From NCBI GenBank assembly GCA_044892525.1, contig CM097885.1, forward strand, positions 28,522,001 through 28,586,000: 64,000 bases of DNA, given 5' to 3'. Of this stretch, positions 55,673 to 64,000 are shown one piece after another. The notes under the pieces are model-generated. The model was not told the origin of the DNA and searched no databases. It worked only from the letters and a program-made list of their open reading frames with translations. Every line of letters begins with the position of its first letter. Positions within the stretch are counted from its first letter, which is position 1. Position numbers and translations under genes: made by a program. Source of the stretch: Schmidtea polychroa (Eukaryota).

Positions 55673-58198
55673 TCATCGAAAATAATCATGTCCAAAATAA
55701 TTATCATCTGCTGGATCATGGAAATCATCTGTATCATCTGCTGAGATAGCTTCCGTTGAATCTATAAATATATCGGTGTCACCGCCCCTATAATGGCCAT
55801 ATGCCAAACTTTGATTTTTATCCACCCAATTTCGCTTATCATCTCTACATGTCAAGGCTCTTTTATTATTTTTAATACTAAAAAGTTGGTGATTTTTTGA
55901 CGTTATTCTAAACTGAGGGACTGTGTATATTTTATCATTTAAATAACAATCTAGATACGACTGATGTGTTAGTCCAGTATCTTTCATACTTATCCCCTTA
56001 GCCTACATACTTTTCTCAACACCCATCAAACTGTAACATTTAGGTCTCAAGAACACCCAATCTTTATATAATAACCCTTTATTCTCGTCTTTGAATTTAC
56101 CAATGACAGAATCAAGGTTCCTACTATATAAAGGATGATTTGGGTCATAATTCGAAGTATCTAATAATTGATCTCTAATCATCGCAGGTAAAAGAATGTC
56201 AAGACTACAATGTTTAATTTCCAAGAAGAAGGAATCTGTGTCTCCAGCAACGATATTAATTTCGCAGTTGAATTCGTCGCGATATTTTTGCAACTCTTCA
56301 TACTGCAGCTGGTACATCCTGAGTTTGGATAAATCAAGTACGGTTTGACCAATGTAACTAGGTCTATTCAAACACACTATGTCCTTCCTCAATAAAACCG
56401 AAATCAAGTCATCATCGATTTTCGTGGATTTACGAAAAGTCGGTTTCGAACAGAATGTTAATAATCTCTGTGAAGAATTACACAGACGTAAATTAATACG
56501 TTTTTTAAGATTTTCAACAGTCTTGCCGTAAAGACTGTTGTTTAATAATTTATAGAAATTTTTATCGAGTTTATTTGTCGACGCTGCTCGTAACGCCGTA
56601 TTTGTGTTAATATAATTTTTGAAAATTTTATCTTGTTTAAATTTAATTGCTCTATGTGTTTTTGATATTTTAACACCTAATTTAATAAATATTTGTAGAA
56701 GCCTCCAATGAAGAACATAGTTCCTCTTAGGGCTGTGTGTAAGCAACAGCTTCTCTATTTTCGAACCCGGTACACACATCTTTTCAGCGGCAACGGGAAG
56801 ATCGTCCAGTTTGTCGTGAATTGACGTCGATATTTCTAAATCCACTTCTATGGTATAACCATAATCAAGCAGATCTAAATCTACCGTTGTGCATTCAACA
56901 ATTATATTATTTAATAAATTATCATCAGTAACCCATTCAAAGTCACTGCAAGGTAATGGTTGACTTAAAGCCCAACCGTATAAATTATTTATATCTATGT
57001 AAAGCAAAGCGGTATCCGGGTCTGTTTTTACATAATGTTTATTTACAAAAGTTAGTCCGCCACGGATACCGCCCTCGAAAAAGTTATACATCTCCATATC
57101 GGTGAGGAGCTCAATTGGAGAGTTTAAAGTTAATAAGGCTGAATTCCAAGACATACCTGGAATCCCTAAGAAATTTAATGGCTCTAGTCGGTTATGAGCA
57201 ATGGACTTAGCTCTAAATTGCTGGAAAAAATCGGCTAAAAGGAAAACATCAAGTTTTAAATAAACCATCATGTAATCGAAAAGTGAAGTACATGAAGTTT
57301 CAACCCAAATTCGCTGAGCTGTCTCATATTCAGCGGGAGTCACATCTTTCCAAATAGGAGGTAACTGACGAGTGTTATGTAAAAACTCTAATGAAGTTGC
57401 GGCATCATAAGGAAAAATCCCCTTTGCAGTTATTATGGTACCCTGAAATTCTGATTCGGTCAAGGGTAAAGATGATAAAGTTTTGACAGCATTATTTAAA
57501 GACTCGCTGACAAATTGATAAGAGTCTATAAATTTAACAGTTAATGAGTCAATCCTAGCAAAAAGACTAAGGAATTTCTCGCTGGTTAAAGGAATACAAC
57601 TAATATTCCATGAATGATATTTTGAAAGGCCAAATTTCAAGATATGATGCAGATCATAACCCTTTAAATTATGAAATACTACAGGAAGGGTATGTCTAAT
57701 TTGCCTCGACAGATTACAAGTTGTACAAGCGGCACCGAGATATAGACCGGTAAAATGATCATGGTCCTTAACTGGACTAACTAAAGGCTTATTGCACAAA
57801 TAGCATGATGTGCTGTTTTCAAACATTAATTGTTGCTCATCTGTAATTATCATTTTCTTTTGATAATTTTTATAATAATAAGGAGTTACAATATATTTCC
57901 CTATCATTTCAATTTCAGTAAGAAATTGATCGACACAATCTAAACCGGTGAACGACTTATAAATTTTTACGCCCGTAAAATTATTAATAAAAAGCATACC
58001 GGCAGAAATAGGCAGATGACGTTGAAAGTAGCGAGTGTCATTAGGTAAGATAGCCTCAAAGTCAGCGTAAATAACAAAGGGAGGAGTGACTGTTTTACTC
58101 CAATCAGTAAATTCTAAATATTTATTTTTAGGCAATGTGTACAAGGTAGTACCAAGCTGATTTTTATCGCAAAGACCCTTATGTCTATTAAAAGACAA
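55673..58198 (-). pseudogene. pPolB, 5'-truncated, nonsense codon at 56003
   Basis: YADFE, DHDH, FIDS, YIDINNLYGWA, KLLNNSLYGK, GDTDS, LRPKCY. ORFs 56003-58198 and 55673-55987 are in frame across a TAG. Confidence 0.92.
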
Positions 58199-58204
58199 TT
58201 AAAT

Positions 58205-59322
58205 TTCCGTAAATTTCCGTTTTGTGGTAGTTGACTCTGATTTAAATCAAAATCGGGAGCTAAAACAAATGTGAAAAATGGATATTTGCTTTTAAATTCT
58301 TCTAGAGTTATTCCACAATTCAAGTTTTTATCTAAGTAACCCAGATTTCTAACAATACTCTGCATATATGTCGCACAGTAATTATCGCTTTGGAAATCTT
58401 GAGTATATGTTTCTCTATAATCAGTATTTTTCGACAAAGTCAATGAAGTAACACCAAAACTTTTGAAAATTGAGCTGGAAGCAGTATAAGATCCATTATA
58501 TTGCGTTTCACTTTGAAATGTTACCAGAATAAAATTAGGCATTCTTCTGTCACCAAATATTTGTTCTTTATAGAATGATGAAGCACCTTTAGCAATAGCA
58601 AATTGTACAATTTCCTTTGTTTTTAAAGGATAAATTGCATGTTTTGAATTAAGACCCAATTGATGACCAGCTAATACTGACGGGTCTACTCGAACTCTTC
58701 TCACCAATAATTTTGCATCAACTAATTGACATATTGGTGCACCAGTTGCACTAGTAAGAGATAATGCAGAATCGGACCTTTTCAATCTAATGTGTACATT
58801 AACACCTGGTAGCAAATATTTCGGTTGATCCATAAAATCAAGTTGTAATGATGAGCACATAGTGAATGATTTTGAGCCTTTAACCCACTTTTTTCTTTCA
58901 TCATCTGTTGCTGCATAACCCATAGGTGTAAGACAGGTATTTTTAGTATCGGAATTGTAATTTAAAATAGTTTCTATCAAAGCCTTGTGAATGAATGTAT
59001 TATTTCCGCCCTCAATCTTGATATTATTAAATCCCAACACTGCATCTTTAAACAGAGTATGAAACATGAAATTGTTTGGTAATACATCCGCATTGGCATC
59101 TAAAACTTTTCTATCTTTATCTACAACCTTGATCTGAACAGTCAATGAAGTATCGTTCAAATCTAAATATTCAGTTTGCGAACCATTAATATAAAACTCA
59201 ATATCATTTCTACTATCAGTAATCGAATTCATAGGAAAAACTTCCTCAAAGGCCCCAAATTCTATTACAGCCTGGGGCGATGGTCTATCAAATATACATA
59301 ATTCGGATTTACCACAAATCAT
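58205..59322 (-). pseudogene. Polinton major capsid protein, 3'-truncated by a deletion joining it to pPolB
   Basis: KSELCIF..IEFYING..EYLDLNDT..Q.KYLLPGV.V.I.L.R typical of Polinton MCP; departs from the 16054-16740 copy after QNGNLR. Confidence 0.9.
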
Positions 59323-59681
59323 TTTGCAAATATAGTTCCATGTCCTTTCATTCGTTTGTTTATACGTGATATTCCATGTCCTTTACGTTTTGCAGCTGGG
59401 ACTGGGGGCTCATCTTTTTGAAACATACCAGCAACTCCAGGCAGAACCTTACCTAACTCAGTTAAAGCATTTGTTTTTAGGGATGGTAATATTTTCTGTT
59501 CATTCATAATCACATCTTTTGCAGTTTTCATACCAAAACTACCAATACGTTTAAGAATAGGAAGTGCAAATCTCCCAATTGTTCTCTACCAACCTGATCC
59601 GTACTGTTTACCAATAAAATATGGTAATTCACCGCCAGATTGGCTATCACTATACATACTAATAATATCGGAATTAGCCAT
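59319..59681 (-). pseudogene. Small Polinton virion protein (Gly-rich protease sites plus amphipathic helix), internal stop at 59586
   Basis: SQSGGELPYFIGKQYGSGW*RTIGRFALPILKRIG; lies between minor and major capsid genes. Confidence 0.7.
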
Positions 59682-60732
59682 CTACTTTACGAAAATGTAG
59701 TGTCAAATGAGTTTTTGATTCTTTTGGGAAGTTTATAAGTTTTCCACTATCGTCACGAATATTTATTTCTATATTGTTTATACATGAGCTTGAAATTGGT
59801 AAATTATCTATATTTATATTGACAACTTCATCATGTTCATATTTTCCAATCCACACCGATTTCAATTGAGGAACACTGGAATCACCAACAATTATAGGCT
59901 CAATAATATTAGTATATATGAACATTTGTTGATGATGTTCAAGTATTCTTGGTTTACGTATACCAGCCGATTTTTCCCGATATTGCTGCTTCTCTAATCC
60001 AAGTGTATTTGTCAAATTTTTATCAAATGTAACTTCGCAAATATCATCATTCAAACTGAATGTAAATAACAAATCTTTCACAATGTCCAAACTTTTAAAT
60101 ATGTGTGAACAATTGTACTTTAAATATTTAAGTAACACATCAAGTTTATCAATATATAATTCATCAGCAAAGGTGAATGATTCTTCAACTTCATTATTAT
60201 ACGACACTGATATTTTGATTTCTTCTCTCATTACAGTGTTTGCTTCAAATAGATTAAAGCGTAATAAATATTCTGTTTCCATAATTTCATTTTTCAACTT
60301 ATTGCAACCCAATCGTTTGGCATCTTCAATATATTGGAATGTTATTGTAAATGGTTTAAAATCACAACTGATATTTAATCCATCCTTGTAAAACATAGAG
60401 CAATGCGGATCTAATATTTGATTCGGAATATGATATGTTTTATCATAATTACTGATAATAAAGATACCACTACATGTTTTCATAGCATTCCTTTTGAAAT
60501 CAATCTTACATTGACCATAAAATGGGAATGTATTGTACACGAATGTAAAATCTTGCAGTGCAACTTCCCAGTCACCATTTAAAGAAATCGGATTCTGGAG
60601 ATTGACCATGAATTTACTGGCTTGATTATCTGGATGAATAAGCGGGCAACTATTGCTTGGTAAAATAGTATAAAAATTCACTTTACTAGATCCTTTTCTG
60701 ATATCCATGATGGGTTTTGATAACCATGCCAT
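59674..60732 (-). CDS. Polinton minor capsid protein (penton, single jelly-roll)
   Basis: FYTILPSNS..PDN..S.F.V.L..PI.L.GDWEVAL N-terminus; FIYTNIIEP.IVGD..VP.L..IEINIRD..G..LTLHFRK C-terminus. True start may be near 60681. Confidence 0.85.
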   Translation of the reverse strand: MAWLSKPIMDIRKGSSKVNFYTILPSNSCPLIHPDNQASKFMVNLQNPISLNGDWEVALQDFTFVYNTFPFYGQCKIDFKRNAMKTCSGIFIISNYDKTYHIPNQILDPHCSMFYKDGLNISCDFKPFTITFQYIEDAKRLGCNKLKNEIMETEYLLRFNLFEANTVMREEIKISVSYNNEVEESFTFADELYIDKLDVLLKYLKYNCSHIFKSLDIVKDLLFTFSLNDDICEVTFDKNLTNTLGLEKQQYREKSAGIRKPRILEHHQQMFIYTNIIEPIIVGDSSVPQLKSVWIGKYEHDEVVNINIDNLPISSSCINNIEINIRDDSGKLINFPKESKTHLTLHFRKVDG

Positions 60733-61307
60733 TTGACATAGTATTGTTTATCCTTGCCGACCTTTTTAGTTTTCAATATCTTTTGAATTCTAAATACTTT
60801 TGGAGGAGGAATAACTTGTAATTCTTGCTCATAAAATTTTCCTTGTACAATATTGTTATCATTGTCTTTGATGACATACATTACAGGATTCTGTTTAGTA
60901 TTTATTTTTGAAATTACAAAGACTTCATCACTCCAATTCGTATCGAAATTTTTAATAAATGGTGATGCACTAATTTTACTAATTCTAACATGGTCACCTA
61001 CTTTATATTTCGGTTTTGTAATTTTTACAGGTTTTTTAGAATAGATTGTTTTTGAAGTGATATCAATCGGTCTTAATCCATTCAGTCCTCGATGTGATGA
61101 ATTATTATAACTGGTTATTATTTTTGGTAAAACCAGTACCCATTTTTTATTACTTTGATGCACGAATAATTTCTTTAATCTATCTCTCAATGTTCGGTTA
61201 AATCTTTCAACATGAGCAGCTTTGTATTGAGAATGTACTGAGTAATGGTCTATTTTCAATTTATTGAGGATTTGCTTGACTTTACTGTTGTAGAATTCTT
61301 TACCTAA

Positions 61308-61369
<62 letters not shown>

Positions 61370-61757
61370 CTAAATCCGTTTGCAAGTTATTAGGATGTCC
61401 ATCTTTAAATAAATCATTAACAGCTTTAGACATTTCATCTGCAGATTTTGCCTTGACGGGTATTGCTCGGGCAAACCGACTGAATACATCAATACATGTT
61501 AAAATATATTTATACCCATTGTTAATTTTCGAATAGGGTATCATCTCCATCAAATCCATTTGCCATAAATCATTTATTCCATATGTTTTATATACTCTTG
61601 TTGGGAATCGTTTCTGCATTGGTTTGTTCAAACTGTATGCAAGCTGGTCTGATAACCACTTCTGGGTTTCTTTTTTCGAATTCGGAACTCTTTTGTTTAA
61701 TTTTGCCACTCCACCGAAACCGGCTTCGTCTTCGGGGTTCGTCCAAATCTTCTCCAT
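60678..61757 (-). CDS. Retroviral-type (rve) integrase with C-terminal chromodomain-like segment; intron 61304-61369
   Basis: WQMDL, CIDVFSRFA, QTDLG^KEF, VERFNRTL, YVKWHGY..SWI. Confidence 0.92.
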
Positions 61758-61818
61758 TACAACAAGAAGATTTAATATTAAATTTAATGTCTGGTAATGA
61801 AGGATTAGCACTCATTTT

Positions 61819-62313
61819 TTATGATCGACTTCCTATTATTCCACCTAATAATGATATTGCTAAAGGTATCAATGCACCGATAAATCCCCCTTGTTGTTTA
61901 TATATAATTTTTCTCATTTGTTGACGATTTTTATTATTTACTAATGATAGCAAAGTTTTCCTATGTTTACTCAATAATTGCTTTTTAGATTTACTGATTT
62001 TAATCTTGCCTTTGACTACTTTAAGTATAATATCGAGTAAATCATCGACAACATAATTTGGAAAAGATTGCAAAATACTGTTTCTTTTCATACTTGGTGC
62101 CTTTAACAATGTATTGAAAAACGGGAAACTCCGATGATTTTTAACAACTTTTACTTTCTTAGTGGTTTTACTTTTAGGTTTAGGTTTAGGATTTTTCGAA
62201 ATAAGATTCATTGCAGGAAAATTTTCTGTAATAAGTTCTTTAGATGGAGTATAACTAGTTGTTGGTGGAACTTTTGGTTGTTTTTTACTCGATATCCTTG
62301 TTTTTGAAAACAT
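61819..62313 (-). CDS. Basic Polinton core-like protein with C-terminal GG|F hydrophobic tail
   Basis: Lys-rich; ends QQGGFIGALIPLAISLLGGII, resembling an adenain cleavage site. Confidence 0.7.
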   Translation of the reverse strand: MFSKTRISSKKQPKVPPTTSYTPSKELITENFPAMNLISKNPKPKPKSKTTKKVKVVKNHRSFPFFNTLLKAPSMKRNSILQSFPNYVVDDLLDIILKVVKGKIKISKSKKQLLSKHRKTLLSLVNNKNRQQMRKIIYKQQGGFIGALIPLAISLLGGIIGSRS

Positions 62314-62326
62314 TATTTATGTGTTT

Positions 62327-62957
62327 TCAAATTTGTTTTGAACTTTGTTTATAAACCATGGCACCTTTTGGGTTGAAAATATCTGTTTTTACCCGTATAT
62401 CATCAGGACATTGTTGTGTGAAATCGAGAAATATATACCCATGAGGTACTTTCGTAGCATCTTGAAATGGATTGATAAGAAAATTACGGTTATTACGGTC
62501 GTCCAAGAAAATCAATGACAGTTGCATCTCTAGGATTCTTGAAAATAACTAGATATTGTACATTTAAATTACGTGTTCGATGTGCCCCACCTTGATGAAA
62601 TAGATTTTGTGTTATGAAAATAACTGTTACACCAACATGTTTGCTGATTGTTGTGAATAAATTATTAAAATCCTTTTATTTATTGGCTTCTTGATACAAA
62701 TCATCGATAATGATGACATCATCTTTCTTCAAACGACTTGACCAGTTTTTATCAAAACCCTTTACTATTTTCATGTTTTTCAATTGACAGAAACTTGATT
62801 GTGTCAATCCATGTTCTTCATCGGCGCCCCTATGCCAATAAATATTGTTGAATTTTGTTTTGAACAAATTAGATTTTAGTAATTTACAAACAAATAATGT
62901 TTTTCCACTACCACTCGGACCAACGATTTGGTATACTGCATCATTTCGTAATTCCAT
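62327..62957 (-). pseudogene. A32/FtsK-like packaging ATPase, two frameshifts
   Basis: Walker A GPSGSGKT, Walker B IIIDDL, then ITQNLF..RT..LN..Y.VIFKNPRD and PHGYIFLDF. Confidence 0.9.
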
Positions 62958-63060
62958 TTTTTAAATTTAAACTATATAATTATTGTTTATATTGATAATT
63001 TAAATGAACTCCTTTTAAAATAACTATATATAACAGAGTTTTTATAATTATTTCATTAAA

Positions 63061-63293
63061 ATGCTTTCAAATATAAATTACAGGGCAAAAGCTGATGTAT
63101 CAAAAATGATATTTCCAATGAGGAAACCACAACAACTCATCAATAGAAGTAAAAAATATCCAATAATATATTTCAAAACTGGTAAATGTAGAATTATGGG
63201 GTGTAAGGAAATAATCAAAGCTAGTGAATATAATGTTTATGATTTAGAAATACAATCGATAACCGTAACTTCCGATATAGGTTTTTCTTGTAA
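63061..63293 (+). CDS. TATA-binding-protein-like ORF, truncated after the first repeat
   Basis: LSNINYRA..IIYFKTGKCRIMGCK..EIQSITVTSDIGF resembles TBP motifs LQNIVST..LIFxSGKxVxTGAK..KIQNMVGSCDVKF. Confidence 0.6.
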
Positions 63294-63398
63294 TTGTTGG
63301 ATGACAGAGGAAGAAGAATCGAAGAGTTTGAATTAACACATTACTATAGAACGGGCAGCAACAAGTTCAGAATCAATATATACGTGGAGCCCAGATAA
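63294..63398 (+). pseudogene. C-terminal fragment of family C protein
   Basis: LLDDRGRRIEEFELTHYYRTGSNKFRINIYVEPR* aligns with the end of 35446-35823. Confidence 0.6.
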
Positions 63399-63641
63399 CT
63401 CAAGCCGGACAAATCAAAACAATTATCATTACAATTTGACTACTGACTTATGTACATTAGTGATTTATCGGACTATTATTTTATGACAATTATTATTTAC
63501 GGTGTTTTATATTATTTTATCAATGTATCTTATTTATTTTATGGAGTTATATGTATTTTATGTTGATATTTCATATAAATAAAACATAGTATGGGGATTA
63601 ATTAAATAATTAATATCAGTATAATTACAAAATACATAATA

Positions 63642-63790
63642 TTGAAAATAATAAGTGGACATTTTAAATAATTGAAAAACATATGTTGAAAATAATGAAA
63701 ATAATAAGTGGACATTTTAAATTGAAAAACATATGTTGAAAATAATGAAAATAATAAGTGGACATTTTAAATAATTGAAAAACATATGTT
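63642..63790. repeat. ~50-53-bp minisatellite, about 3 copies
   Basis: Unit ATAATAAGTGGACATTTTAAATAATTGAAAAACATATGTTGAAAATAATGAAA. Confidence 0.85.
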
Positions 63791-64000
63791 AGGAGCATGA
63801 GTGGTTCTCGAGTCGTGGGAACATAATTTTAACAATAATTAACAGCAATAATAATAATTTTAGCAATAATAATAATTTTAATTTTTATCACAAATTTTTA
63901 GCAATCATAAATAATTTTAATATTTTAACAATAATCAATTTTGTAGCAGTTATTTAACACTTTAAGAAGCATGTATATAAAAATATATTAATTTCTTAAT

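Larger units (their letters stand above)
54878..63290 (-). mobile_element. Polinton/Maverick element 2 (internally deleted; other terminus not seen)
   Basis: Terminus-like ATTAGTAGG..C-run/G-run at ~54878 resembling the Polinton 1 end; co-oriented ATPase, integrase, minor and major capsid and pPolB genes. Confidence 0.9.

Noticed and set aside
63642..63790. Repeat array as possible CRISPR
   Set aside because: Head-to-tail repeats without unique spacers, no cas genes, eukaryotic context.

Overview
Very AT-rich eukaryotic (animal-like) genomic DNA with short (~43-53 nt) GT-AG introns and dense nested mobile DNA; no prokaryotic features. (1) A large inverted duplication (arms ~3930-13845 and 36057-~45590) carries two near-identical, head-to-head copies of an 8-exon SSBP2/3/4 (SSDP, LisH) gene. 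(2) Its spacer holds a fully delimited but internally deleted Polinton/Maverick (14990-33975; AGTAGT termini, 6-bp TSD GTCTGA). Its pPolB gene appears to start with five small spliced exons and a 10.4-kb intron filled by a solo LTR, a hAT transposon, a hAT MITE and a near-intact Ty3/gypsy element. (3) A second, oppositely oriented Polinton (~54878-63290) carries ATPase, core protein, integrase with a 66-nt (ATT)n intron, minor capsid, small virion protein, major capsid and pPolB, plus a divergently transcribed TBP-like ORF. The two Polintons have complementary deletions, near-identical capsid genes and divergent polymerases. (4) Also present: a decayed piggyBac, a second truncated Ty3/gypsy, a RING-H2 gene fragment, and several copies of unidentified small-protein families. 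All calls come from manual reading and recalled family motifs; no searches were run.
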